A stretch of DNA of 64,000 nucleotides from Candidatus Thorarchaeota archaeon. Lineage in GTDB: Archaea > Asgardarchaeota > Thorarchaeia > Thorarchaeales > Thorarchaeaceae. Below the pieces are notes generated by a model that worked only from the letters and a program-made list of their open reading frames with translations, did not search any database and was not told the DNA's origin. The stretch covers positions 134,527-198,526 of the forward strand of contig JBHLRP010000002.1 of assembly GCA_048882485.1 (NCBI GenBank), given 5' to 3'. Positions 27,095 to 36,717 of the stretch are shown one piece after another (position 1 is the first letter of the stretch; the number at the start of each line of letters is the position of its first letter). The translations under genes were made by a program, and so were the position numbers.

Positions 27095-28318
27095 TTGATT
27101 CTAATGGATGTTGGAAGAGAGTTCGTCCGGCTTTGTGGCGAGGTAGGAAATCTTTCAAAAAGCGTGACTGGTTTAAGCATTGTTGATGCCTATTATGGAC
27201 CGGATGAACTGGCACCAGACCGACAGGCAAAGGATCGCGAGCCAGAAATAATGATGCATGAGCTATCAGTTCTATCCGACAATATCAAGGATGAGATTGA
27301 ACAGCCGCTGCGCTCTAAGTATCTCACTACGGAAGTTCATTCGCTGCAATCTGTTGTCAGATGGATGGCAGGAGAGGAAATGTCCTATGCTGACATTGTG
27401 GAGAATGTCTTTGGTATCAAACCAACTAGATTCTCTGAGAAAGAAGTAGAAAAAGCAATGAAGAATGTTGAGGCTGCATTTTCAGACTGTCCTGGCAGTG
27501 ATACGAGAGAGCGTGTGGAGCAATTCAAACTTGATGGTCAGGTGCAAGGAGTGGAGGCAAAGAACTACATCGAAGGAGAATTGCAGCAGAGTGCAAAGGA
27601 TGTAGGGATGCTATTCCAGAAAAAAGTCTACGCTAGCATGGATGCCACTGTGATTGACAATGGCATTGAGCATAAGGCGGTGACAGACAAGCCCTGGGGA
27701 GGTTACAATTATTACCAAGGTGACTACAAATCAAAAAACGAGTTCAATGTTGACCGTCCATTTAGTAAACACGGACTAGCTGCTGTAATCTATCACGAAT
27801 ATGAGCATCATGTTTCAAATCTTTGGAGAGAAAAGGCGTATCGCGAAAACGATTTGACAGACCTCTCCATTGTTCCCCTTACTGGAAGATGCGTGATCTC
27901 TGAGGGAACTGCTGATACTGCGATGGACTTCCTTGAAGTTGGCGAAGGAACTGATGCGCTAAGAATGCGAGCTTTAACGAACCTATCTCGGATGTGCAGC
28001 ATGAACGCTGCACTAATGTTGAATCATAAGCGCGCATCTGATAATGAGGTTGTTGAATATCTGGTTGAACGGACATTCGGCAAGGAAGAGAGAATAAGAC
28101 CCTCCCTTGAATTTTCTCGACCCAAGACCAATGAAGGGAAACCAAATCTTTGGGCTCCCTACATCTTCAATTATCTCACAGGTAGAAAGGACTTTGTCTA
28201 TCCAACATTTCTCAAAGCCAAGGAAACTGACAAGCTTCCAGACTTCTTCAGAACAGTCTACCTCAATCCCTATTCAGGTTCAAGCAGAACTTGGAACGAA
28301 GCCTTCGATTGGCTTTAG
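27095..28318 (+). CDS. DUF885-like putative zinc metallopeptidase
   Basis: VDAYYGP, PWGGYNYYQG, HEYEHH (HExxH), SEGTA third ligand. Confidence 0.65.
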   Translation: MILMDVGREFVRLCGEVGNLSKSVTGLSIVDAYYGPDELAPDRQAKDREPEIMMHELSVLSDNIKDEIEQPLRSKYLTTEVHSLQSVVRWMAGEEMSYADIVENVFGIKPTRFSEKEVEKAMKNVEAAFSDCPGSDTRERVEQFKLDGQVQGVEAKNYIEGELQQSAKDVGMLFQKKVYASMDATVIDNGIEHKAVTDKPWGGYNYYQGDYKSKNEFNVDRPFSKHGLAAVIYHEYEHHVSNLWREKAYRENDLTDLSIVPLTGRCVISEGTADTAMDFLEVGEGTDALRMRALTNLSRMCSMNAALMLNHKRASDNEVVEYLVERTFGKEERIRPSLEFSRPKTNEGKPNLWAPYIFNYLTGRKDFVYPTFLKAKETDKLPDFFRTVYLNPYSGSSRTWNEAFDWL

Positions 28319-28326
28319 TCCGCATC

Positions 28327-28581
28327 ATGAGGCCCTGGGATTTGCGAAGCAAGAAGAAGAAGTCAAGCAATACTAGAAGCCGTTGGTATGCCAATCTCTT
28401 CTTTCTGGTAAATATCTCATTTCTGATTGCCCTTTGGCTTCTTACACAGTACTATCCGATTCTGCCGCAGGATATTCTTCTATCTTGGCTATCTGTCACA
28501 ATTGTCATGATTGTGATTCTGTGGTTCGTTGACCGAAGGGCCGCGAAGATGGTTCTTGAAGATCTAAGCCGCAGTCCCTGA
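28327..28581 (+). CDS. Small 2-TM hypothetical protein
   Basis: Basic N-terminus and two hydrophobic helices; start likely MRPWD. Confidence 0.55.
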   Translation: MRPWDLRSKKKKSSNTRSRWYANLFFLVNISFLIALWLLTQYYPILPQDILLSWLSVTIVMIVILWFVDRRAAKMVLEDLSRSP

Positions 28582-28652
28582 AATGAAAGCGTGGCGAGAA
28601 AAAGAATGAGAGGGTGATGATCGAAAGACCATCACACCATACTTGAGTTCCT

Positions 28653-30050
28653 CTATTCGTTAGTTTGAGCTCTTGAGTATGCACCCTCAAGTTCTCTTTC
28701 CATAGCCGATGGAATAACAGTCTTGGTGAAGTCGCCATCTTTCTTTCTGATGAAGACGTAGAGCAACGTGACATATACAATGTCAAACGTGCGCAATACT
28801 AGTGATACTGGAATTCCTGCTAGAACTGCAAAGACAACTCCTAGTACTATGGTTGCAATTAAGTCTCCAGCAAAGGCAACCCAGCCTACGACTGCTCCTC
28901 CAAGGGCAAAACCAAGGAAGAATATGACAGCCAGAACACCAAAGCCCCATCTTACTGCGGTTTCTTTAATCATGACATCTACGAAGTTGTCCTTAACGAG
29001 ACCTGCACTTCGCTTGATGCCGTCCCTCGCTCCAAGCTCTTCCGCCACCATCGCAGGGATTGTGAAGTAGTTTATCAGGAACCAAACATAGCTTATGATT
29101 CCACCTGCGACCCTGCCAACTGCTGCTCCTCCCACACCTCCGACTTCTCTGCCCAAACGCTCAAGAATCATCCTGATGATAACGATTAGCACACTCAATA
29201 AGCTCAAGACAATGATGCCAGTTATGACACCAAGAGATGACCTGACGCCATCGCCGAGGTCAGGATCTCTGCCACGCATATAGAGGTAGACCATAGCAGA
29301 TGATGTTCCATAAGCTAAATTGTAGAAGAATATTGTAGCAAAGAGATACAGGACAATCCCAATGCCCGCAACCCATCCAGTTTCAATGGTTAGGTCTTGA
29401 GCACCTGAGATTATCTGCATTGCATTTCCTCCAGACAAGACATCAATTGAATAGAATGCAATGCCTCCGAACATGACAGCTGAAATTAGGGTGAAGACCA
29501 TTACCAGCGTTGGCGGAACGAATACACCCTTTTCATCTAGACATACCTGCCCAGTCAGTTTGATGATCTCACCTGCACGGCGGATTCTATCTCGAAACAC
29601 CGTGAACAGTAGAAGTGTGAGGAACAGCGTAAAGAGACCTGGTATTAAGACTGGCCAAGCAAAGGGACCTCCAGTAACCAAAATCAGAATTGGAATGGCT
29701 AGTGTCATTAAGTTCATGAAGAACGCGCCAATGTAGATCAGTGTCCCTCCCAATCTCCTTGCGAGCCATGAGGCAGCATACGCCACAAAGAGACTCAGTA
29801 GGATGATCCCAAACACAATGGCTGCAATTGCTATCGCGGCATCAGTCGGTGATATCACTAGGCTCACGACTGAAAGGATGTCGTTGATGGCATTCATCAC
29901 CTGGGTTCCATAAGAAGCCCAGAGCCCCATCAATGAATAGATGCCTGCTGCGAAGAAAGCTCCAAGAACGATTACAACTCCAAGCACTGCTTTTCCGTGG
30001 CTTGGATAGTTTTGATTATCATGATATTCTATCACATCAGTACGTGCCAA
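28653..30050 (-). CDS. Polytopic membrane protein, choline transporter-like (CTL/SLC44/Pns1)-related
   Basis: ~10 TM; FRDRIRRAGEIIKLT and GIKRSAGLVKDNF patterns recall CTL family loops. Confidence 0.55.
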   Translation of the reverse strand: MARTDVIEYHDNQNYPSHGKAVLGVVIVLGAFFAAGIYSLMGLWASYGTQVMNAINDILSVVSLVISPTDAAIAIAAIVFGIILLSLFVAYAASWLARRLGGTLIYIGAFFMNLMTLAIPILILVTGGPFAWPVLIPGLFTLFLTLLLFTVFRDRIRRAGEIIKLTGQVCLDEKGVFVPPTLVMVFTLISAVMFGGIAFYSIDVLSGGNAMQIISGAQDLTIETGWVAGIGIVLYLFATIFFYNLAYGTSSAMVYLYMRGRDPDLGDGVRSSLGVITGIIVLSLLSVLIVIIRMILERLGREVGGVGGAAVGRVAGGIISYVWFLINYFTIPAMVAEELGARDGIKRSAGLVKDNFVDVMIKETAVRWGFGVLAVIFFLGFALGGAVVGWVAFAGDLIATIVLGVVFAVLAGIPVSLVLRTFDIVYVTLLYVFIRKKDGDFTKTVIPSAMERELEGAYSRAQTNE

Positions 30051-30196
30051 CTAATCTCCTCCAATTAGTAGTAAACACTTGACTCAACTCCTCATCTGTT
30101 ACAGTTAAATCTTAGCAACGATAGGCATAGAGGAGTATAGTGGGCTGTAAATCACCTATGCCAATATATTTCAGATGGATAAAGGAACGTAATGCT

Positions 30197-30670
30197 ATGG
30201 AATCCATAACTTACTGCGAACCAGATCACATCTTCTGCAGGGCAAATAAAATCCTGTTTGCAGGTGATGGAAGTGAAAATGCAGCCAAGGCAATGAAGGT
30301 GGCAATTGAGCTTGCAGAGCTGACAAATTCCAAGCTCTTCATTGTCCATGTTGTACCCACACCAACAGTCAAGCAGATGGCAGTGATGACTAGTATGAGT
30401 CAAGAGGAAGTCATGGAGAAGTATGTTAGGAATGGAGAGATTCTCTTGAAAGGCTACAAAGATTCGGCATTGGAATACAATCTCAAAGTCGAAACAATTC
30501 TTGAGAGAAGCGCTCCTTCAGAAGGAGTACTTGCAGTAGCCAAGGCGAAAAAAGTGGACCTTATTGTGATTGGTTCAAGGGGCGCATCTGGCACAAGACG
30601 TGCTGGCATGGGCAGCAATACTGAACGAATCGTAATAAACTCAGAATGTCCGGTTTTGGTCGTGAAGTAG
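30197..30670 (+). CDS. Universal stress protein (UspA family)
   Basis: ILFAGDGSENA, DLIVIGSRG...GSNTERIV..SECPVLVVK. Confidence 0.92.
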   Translation: MESITYCEPDHIFCRANKILFAGDGSENAAKAMKVAIELAELTNSKLFIVHVVPTPTVKQMAVMTSMSQEEVMEKYVRNGEILLKGYKDSALEYNLKVETILERSAPSEGVLAVAKAKKVDLIVIGSRGASGTRRAGMGSNTERIVINSECPVLVVK

Positions 30671-30701
30671 TGCTCAAAAATGATGTTGGACAGCAGCCGG
30701 A

Positions 30702-30995
30702 CTATTCCAGCTCCCTTATCTGCCCAATCATACTCACCATATTTCGAATGGAGAGAATATCCTGTCCTGCTGCTGCATAGGTGGCTGCAAGCTCCCTCGC
30801 ATAATCTTCAGGAAGGCCGTGCTTGACTAGGCTCTTGTGAAACGCCTTCTTTGACCGCCTGACATTCCACCTAGCATTGACATATGCACCTAACAATCCT
30901 GCTACAATCTTTACACTACCCGAGATTGCAGTCCAGACAATGGAGGCGACTTCTCTCGGAGACTCGTCATCACTCAAGATCCTCTTCATCCTCAA
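30702..30995 (-). CDS. Hypothetical protein
   Basis: 97 aa; F.K.L...GLPEDYARELA..Y resembles the neighbouring ORF. Confidence 0.65.
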   Translation of the reverse strand: MRMKRILSDDESPREVASIVWTAISGSVKIVAGLLGAYVNARWNVRRSKKAFHKSLVKHGLPEDYARELAATYAAAGQDILSIRNMVSMIGQIRELE

Positions 30996-31335
30996 AGTCG
31001 TCTATTTCGATGGACTTGGTCCTTTTCTTTCCCTTTTCTTCCTCCATTGCGATATTCATTAGCTTTGTAATGTTGAACATGTCAAGACCAGCGACATATT
31101 TCTTGGTCAATTCCATAGCCATCTCTTCTGGAATGCCTTGTTCTTTGAGTTTCGCATAGAAGCCACCTATGGCTGCAGCCATGTCCTCCGCTCTTTCAGC
31201 ACTATAGACGCTGCCAATAAGTCCGCCAATTAGCTTTGGAATCGAGTCACTAAGAGCTCCGAATATCTCTTTGATCTCTTCAGCCTCACTTTGTCCTTTG
31301 TGTTTTCTGTCATCTCTTGATTCATCATCACTCAT
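30970..31335 (-). CDS. Hypothetical protein
   Basis: 121 aa; FYAKLKEQGIPEEMAMELTKKY; GGTGA SD. Confidence 0.75.
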   Translation of the reverse strand: MSDDESRDDRKHKGQSEAEEIKEIFGALSDSIPKLIGGLIGSVYSAERAEDMAAAIGGFYAKLKEQGIPEEMAMELTKKYVAGLDMFNITKLMNIAMEEEKGKKRTKSIEIDDFEDEEDLE

Positions 31336-31393
31336 GATTATTTATCACCAAGATTGAATATGTCTGGTCACTCATCTTAAGAAAAGTGGAGAC

Positions 31394-31427
31394 AAGTGAC
31401 CACTTCCTATTCAAATTGCGGTCACTT
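31394..31427. promoter_or_regulatory. Inverted repeat AAGTGACC-N18-GGTCACTT, candidate operator
   Basis: Perfect 8-bp arms; a third half-site GGTCACT lies at 31366-31372. Confidence 0.45.
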
Positions 31428-31442
31428 CACGTCATAGTGATG

Positions 31443-31931
31443 TCATGTTAACGCGAAATATCGTGCGCGATCATCATCTTCATCATCAATGACTTTGAGA
31501 ATACCCCGCTCAAGAAGGGACTGAATCCTTTCTCTTATTATGCGCCTAGAGGCTGTTCCACGTTCGGCTCTCACGGCAGCAGTAATTTGACTGATATTGA
31601 GAGGTCGAGATCCATCAAGGATTCTGATAATCTGCCAACTAATATTGTCCTTCCGAAGGTCACCATATCTAGATTCCAAGCGTTCCGCTCGAGTGAACTT
31701 GGACATTAGCTTGACCATTCCGTCATAGAACTCAAAGCCCTCACGTATGACCTTTGCAGACTCCCCGACTTCTTCAATACCCGGTCCAAGTCGTTCAATG
31801 AGGGTCTCAACTCGAGCAAGTCTTGATGAGATTTCATCCAATCGGTCTTGAACCTCTTCAATAGTGAGCTGTGATGAGTCATCCGGACTTTTTTTGTCCT
31901 TTGTGTCTGATGGCTCCTTCTTCTTGCTCAA
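31443..31931 (-). CDS. Coiled-coil plus winged-helix transcriptional regulator
   Basis: Heptad N-terminal half; LNISQIT..VRAERGTASRRIIRERIQSLLERGIL. Confidence 0.8.
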   Translation of the reverse strand: MSKKKEPSDTKDKKSPDDSSQLTIEEVQDRLDEISSRLARVETLIERLGPGIEEVGESAKVIREGFEFYDGMVKLMSKFTRAERLESRYGDLRKDNISWQIIRILDGSRPLNISQITAAVRAERGTASRRIIRERIQSLLERGILKVIDDEDDDRARYFALT

Positions 31932-32032
31932 GGTTCAGCCTCAGGCTTGCTCACATATTGCTTGAGATAAGTTTGATGGCAAGCGAAATCCGTTTAATAG
32001 CGATTGCTTCCCCATTCGTATTGTGACTAGAG

Positions 32033-33448
32033 ATGAATAAAGAGGAGAGGCAAGATTCTCACGTCAATGTGAAGCCGCTCCGCCAGCTCTTTCATTTCTC
32101 ACATTTCTCGCACTTCTATAGGCTCTATGTTCCTGCATCTCTGCTGATTGGCATCGTCTGCGGGTTATTCATGGCAATCTTTCAGTATCTCATAGACTTG
32201 ACAACTGGTGCATTTGTTGGTTTGCCTGTATTCCTCGTTCCTCTTCTTGGAGGCGGGTTCTCTGGCTTGATGATATACTTTGGCCGAAGAGAGATTGAGG
32301 GGAGCGGTATTTCAAAAGCTATTGAACTCACACATGATCCGCAGGAATTAATGCCCTCTACTGCTGTTACAAAGATGATTGCTACATCGGTTTCGATTGG
32401 AACTGGGAACCCTGTTGGAAGGGAAGGTCCTGCGGTCCTTATTGGTGCTGCTCTAGGGAATTATATTGGCAGGCAATTTGGATATGACAATCCGGCTCAT
32501 CTACGTGTCTTCATTATGATGGGCTCCGCAGCATGCACTGCTGGCATTTACAAAGCTCCACTTGGAGGTGCATTATTCGCCTCTGAAGCTCCTTACAAAC
32601 GCGATGCGCGGTTGGGCTACTTTGTGCCTACAGTTCTGGCGGCAATAACATCCTTCATCATTTTTGCTGTAATCTATCGGATTGATCCGCTTCTCAGTCT
32701 ACAGATTGATTTCACTCTCACACTCGAGGTCATCCCATTAGTCCTCCTCTTGGGTATCTTTGCTGGTGTTATTTCGCTATTCTTCTCAGTCTTCTTAATG
32801 GCCACACGTAATTTCTTTTCCCTCAGACTACCTGACTGGGCTGACCCTGTGGCTGGCTCGTTTTGTGCATGTGTAATATTGTTCCTTGTTGGTCTGTGGT
32901 TGGATCCACAATACACTGTTGCAGGACTCGGGTATGATGTTATTGAGCTGATTGCATCTCCTGCCTCCTCTCTTCCCATCGCAGCCCTGCTTCTGTTGTT
33001 GATTGGCAAGCTCCTGGCATCATCCTTTGTAGTGGCTGGAAGGGTGTCAGGTGGAGTACTTGCATCATCGATTTTCGTTGGTGCAATGCTAGGTGCTATA
33101 TTCGGTCACCTATTTGCTCCGCAGTATCTTACTGCCTTTGTCGTACTCGGCATGGGTGCAGTACTTGCAGCAACAACAAATACACCAGTCGCCACCATAG
33201 TGTTGATTCTTGAGATTAGTCACTCGTTCGAACTCCTCATTCCTATAGCAATCTGCATCTGTGTATCTTATCTCCTAGCAGGTGGAACGTCCCTATATGA
33301 GGGGCAGAAGGTTACCAGGGATGATGAAGATCCTGGATATTATGCTAGTATCAATGTACAGCCAGATGAGATGGCTCTGGACCTCTTCCATGATGATGCA
33401 AATCCTGTAAATCATGAGCCCTCTCGCAATCCAGATGCTGATGACTAA
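32033..33448 (+). CDS. ClC chloride channel/transporter (no CBS domains)
   Basis: GSGIS, GREGP, APLGGALF..E, terminal SLY. Confidence 0.92.
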   Translation: MNKEERQDSHVNVKPLRQLFHFSHFSHFYRLYVPASLLIGIVCGLFMAIFQYLIDLTTGAFVGLPVFLVPLLGGGFSGLMIYFGRREIEGSGISKAIELTHDPQELMPSTAVTKMIATSVSIGTGNPVGREGPAVLIGAALGNYIGRQFGYDNPAHLRVFIMMGSAACTAGIYKAPLGGALFASEAPYKRDARLGYFVPTVLAAITSFIIFAVIYRIDPLLSLQIDFTLTLEVIPLVLLLGIFAGVISLFFSVFLMATRNFFSLRLPDWADPVAGSFCACVILFLVGLWLDPQYTVAGLGYDVIELIASPASSLPIAALLLLLIGKLLASSFVVAGRVSGGVLASSIFVGAMLGAIFGHLFAPQYLTAFVVLGMGAVLAATTNTPVATIVLILEISHSFELLIPIAICICVSYLLAGGTSLYEGQKVTRDDEDPGYYASINVQPDEMALDLFHDDANPVNHEPSRNPDADD

Positions 33449-33553
33449 TTCACACCACTTGGATAAGTTAATAGGCGTACACATCAAGAGAGCCTAGTTC
33501 ACCCCCTTTTCTGGGGATTATTCGCTAGTATCGCGTCTCAGGAGGATTTCGAT

Positions 33554-36226
33554 ATGAGAAAAGGTCTGATTTGCACGCTGCTCCTCTTGCTGTTTCTGAT
33601 TCCGCTTATCCCATCCATTCCCGCCTTTTTTGGTGCTGAGGATTCTAGCGCTCAACATAACCCACGAATCAAGCCCATTGATTTTCACGCTATGACTGAA
33701 ACCTATGGTCCTGAGATTCCTTTGGTGGTCGAGTTTGCTCAACCATTGACAGAGATTCAGATTCTAAAACTTGAAGCGAATAGCATTAGATTCACTTTCG
33801 ACACTCCATCAATGAGTCAGGTTGGCAATTACTACCTAATCAGAGGTCCTCCTGATGGCTTAACAACAATGTATGAGTCAGGAGTCTTTGATAGTGTGTC
33901 CTTCCAGACTCCTATGAAGCACTTGCATGCGCCTAGAGACGTATCAATTCCTGAGATTGGTGCTGATGACATTTGGGCTACACTAGATGACCTGAGTCAA
34001 AATGTTACTGGCAAGGGAATCCTTATAGCTGACTTGGATTCTGGAGTTGACTGGACTCATCCTGATCTATGGTTTGCTGATGGTGGATCATACGACTGGC
34101 GAGAGGGTGTCCCTGATTCAATATTCACCAATGGAAGTGACGGAGTAGATCTCAACTTCGATCTAGCTCTACAACCAGATGAAATCCTCTACGCCATTGA
34201 TCTAGATCGAGATGGGATTTTTGATACCACTACTGAATGGATTTGGGCTGATAATGTCACGCAAGATGGCCAGATTCAGATAGGAGAGCCATTCTTCGTT
34301 GTGAATGATACCAATGACAACGGGCAACTAGATCCTGGTGAGCAACTCGTTATGTTAAAAACACCAAAGACAATGTACATCGTGGAGGGAGATGGTACAC
34401 CTGCAAGCAATGAACATGTCTGGGTACGAGGAGTGAATTTCACAGCCAGTACACATGTAGACGATAATGGACACGGAACGGCTGTATCAGGCATTCTCCT
34501 TGGTGGACAACTTGGATTTCGGAAATACATGGGCGTCGCACCTGATGCCGAATTAATGATGATAAAGGTCCTAAGCGAGAACTATACCAAGTATGACTGG
34601 CTCTATGTCGAGGATGGCCTAACCTATGCATATACTCATGGAGCAGATGTCATTCTCACAGAGATTGGCTCTTGGACGTACGAATTCCTAGATGGAAGTT
34701 CAGCCGCTGCTACACTAATCGATACAATAGTTGCTGCTGGAATTCCAGTTATCTCTCCAAGCGGAAACCTTGGAGGTAGCAATAAACATGCACGCTTTTC
34801 TGCTATTTCAAACACACCATATTATGTCAATTTTGACTTACCTACAATCATTGAAATCTATGATGTCTATATCACAGTCCTGTCGATTAACAACACAGAC
34901 TTTAGTTTATGCAATTTCAGTTTGATATTCAATCTCCAATCTTGGAGTGGTGGTTTGAATAATATCGTCTACCTACATCCCGGCTTAGGCTATCCAAGCA
35001 GGGTTGCTCAAAAAGTGATTACTATTACCACAAAAGACCTGTGGGTTGAATCTTTCATTGACATATCATCCCGCAGCACGAAGATGCTGGGAATCCATAT
35101 TTGGGCTGAAGACCTTACTTATCCGCCTACCTTCCGCATACCTCTTCCCATAATTACGGGTCCGCCTTTTGACCAGTTGAACATCACAGCACCCTCGGAC
35201 ACTACTTTCCATTCATACATTTCTGACTCTGCCACATCTTGGTCTGGTGGAGCTATCTGGATGACAGATGCAACTGATGACTATCACATTACATGGCCTT
35301 CAACGGCTGACTCCGCCCTTAGTGTCGCAAGCTATCGTACTCGTGATCTCGTTTCTCCTGAGGTCATAGGTGACATAGCGAGCTTCTCATCGCGTGGCCC
35401 TAGGATTGATGAAACGGAGAAGCAGGGCATTGCAGCTCCTGGCGGATTTGACATTGTCACTGACTATACAAACGATTCTGCATGGGCTTCGTGGTATAAT
35501 GATGGGGGAAGTCTTCCTTTTGATGAACGATTTGGGAGCTACCGTCTATTCAGTGGTACCAGCGCATCAGGTCCGCACGTTGCTGGTACAGCTGCTTTGA
35601 TGCTTCAGGTCGACTCCTCTGTAGGAAGTATGGTCGCTGGTATAATCAAGGGTACAGCACGCATGGATGCATATACGGGTGCAGTTCATAATCCAATTTG
35701 GGGGTATGGAAAGCTCAATGCATCTGCAGCGGTTGAGTTCACATCTCAAGATATCGTAGGACCAGTCATAGGAGTGCCCGAGTATGAACCCCAGCAACCT
35801 ACTGATGTAGATGATGTGAACGTTAGTGTAACTGTCACAGACTTGAGTGGAGTTGATTCAGTTATCCTCGCATACCACAATGGAACTCATTGGAACAACG
35901 TGACTATGATATGGAATGGAACCCATTATGTCGCGAGTATCCCGGCTCTTTCGATGGGTACCACTGTAACATATCGAATATACTCGAATGACACAATAGA
36001 CAACTGGTCTACTTCATCTGATTACCAGTACATAGTTGGATCATCAATCACAACCCCGACTACTACGACGACAGCCAGCACGACAACAAGTGCGCCTACA
36101 ACAACGCCGCCTCCAATTCCGGAGGTTCCCAATTACTTGAGAATAGCAATCATGCTTGGATTCATCCTATTACTGATTGTTTTCTCAATAGTACTTTCCA
36201 GAAGACGGACGCAACGGTTGGAATGA
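33554..36226 (+). CDS. Membrane-anchored S8 subtilisin-like protease
   Basis: Signal peptide; DLDSG, HGTAVSG, SGN, FSSRGP, GTSASGPHVAG; Thr-rich linker plus C-terminal TM. Confidence 0.92.
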   Translation: MRKGLICTLLLLLFLIPLIPSIPAFFGAEDSSAQHNPRIKPIDFHAMTETYGPEIPLVVEFAQPLTEIQILKLEANSIRFTFDTPSMSQVGNYYLIRGPPDGLTTMYESGVFDSVSFQTPMKHLHAPRDVSIPEIGADDIWATLDDLSQNVTGKGILIADLDSGVDWTHPDLWFADGGSYDWREGVPDSIFTNGSDGVDLNFDLALQPDEILYAIDLDRDGIFDTTTEWIWADNVTQDGQIQIGEPFFVVNDTNDNGQLDPGEQLVMLKTPKTMYIVEGDGTPASNEHVWVRGVNFTASTHVDDNGHGTAVSGILLGGQLGFRKYMGVAPDAELMMIKVLSENYTKYDWLYVEDGLTYAYTHGADVILTEIGSWTYEFLDGSSAAATLIDTIVAAGIPVISPSGNLGGSNKHARFSAISNTPYYVNFDLPTIIEIYDVYITVLSINNTDFSLCNFSLIFNLQSWSGGLNNIVYLHPGLGYPSRVAQKVITITTKDLWVESFIDISSRSTKMLGIHIWAEDLTYPPTFRIPLPIITGPPFDQLNITAPSDTTFHSYISDSATSWSGGAIWMTDATDDYHITWPSTADSALSVASYRTRDLVSPEVIGDIASFSSRGPRIDETEKQGIAAPGGFDIVTDYTNDSAWASWYNDGGSLPFDERFGSYRLFSGTSASGPHVAGTAALMLQVDSSVGSMVAGIIKGTARMDAYTGAVHNPIWGYGKLNASAAVEFTSQDIVGPVIGVPEYEPQQPTDVDDVNVSVTVTDLSGVDSVILAYHNGTHWNNVTMIWNGTHYVASIPALSMGTTVTYRIYSNDTIDNWSTSSDYQYIVGSSITTPTTTTTASTTTSAPTTTPPPIPEVPNYLRIAIMLGFILLLIVFSIVLSRRRTQRLE

Positions 36227-36307
36227 CCGGTCCATGATACGTACTACATCGATGGAATGTGTTATATGACTAACATTCTTCGTGAGCCTGAATTCTAACA
36301 TGAAGGG

Positions 36308-36673
36308 ATGAGATTCAGAATGAAGCGCCTCGGTGGATTCGACCTTCGATTGGAACGGTCATTGAGATCCTCTCGGAAATCTATCCCAGTTGAGGTGCTA
36401 GTGGATACTGAGAATACAATCATTGTCTTGGACTGTAGTTGCTGTGAAGACCTGCTTGCAAGTCGGTTACCAGGAGGAGTGCTGATTCCGATTGCTTCAA
36501 GTCTCAAGTCATTCTTTGGCACTAGAAACATGCGCAACATTGACGTCCAAGTGAGTGGTTCTCTGATGAGACGGACCTACAAGGGAATCTGTATGGAAGA
36601 TGCAGTCCCAGAGATTAAGAGTGTTTTAGAAGGCGCAGTTTCCAAATACAATAAGAAGCGGAAGAAACGATGA
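36308..36673 (+). CDS. Hypothetical basic protein with a DCSCC motif
   Basis: 121-aa ORF in a gap, followed by a hairpin. Confidence 0.7.
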   Translation: MRFRMKRLGGFDLRLERSLRSSRKSIPVEVLVDTENTIIVLDCSCCEDLLASRLPGGVLIPIASSLKSFFGTRNMRNIDVQVSGSLMRRTYKGICMEDAVPEIKSVLEGAVSKYNKKRKKR

Positions 36674-36676
36674 ACC

Positions 36677-36714
36677 TGCAGAAATTAGGAGGGCTTCGAG
36701 CCCTTCTCTCTGCA
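36677..36714. terminator. Stem-loop between convergent genes
   Basis: TGCAGA...AGGAGGGCT-TCG-AGCCCTTCT...TCTGCA. Confidence 0.5.
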
Positions 36715-36717
36715 TAT

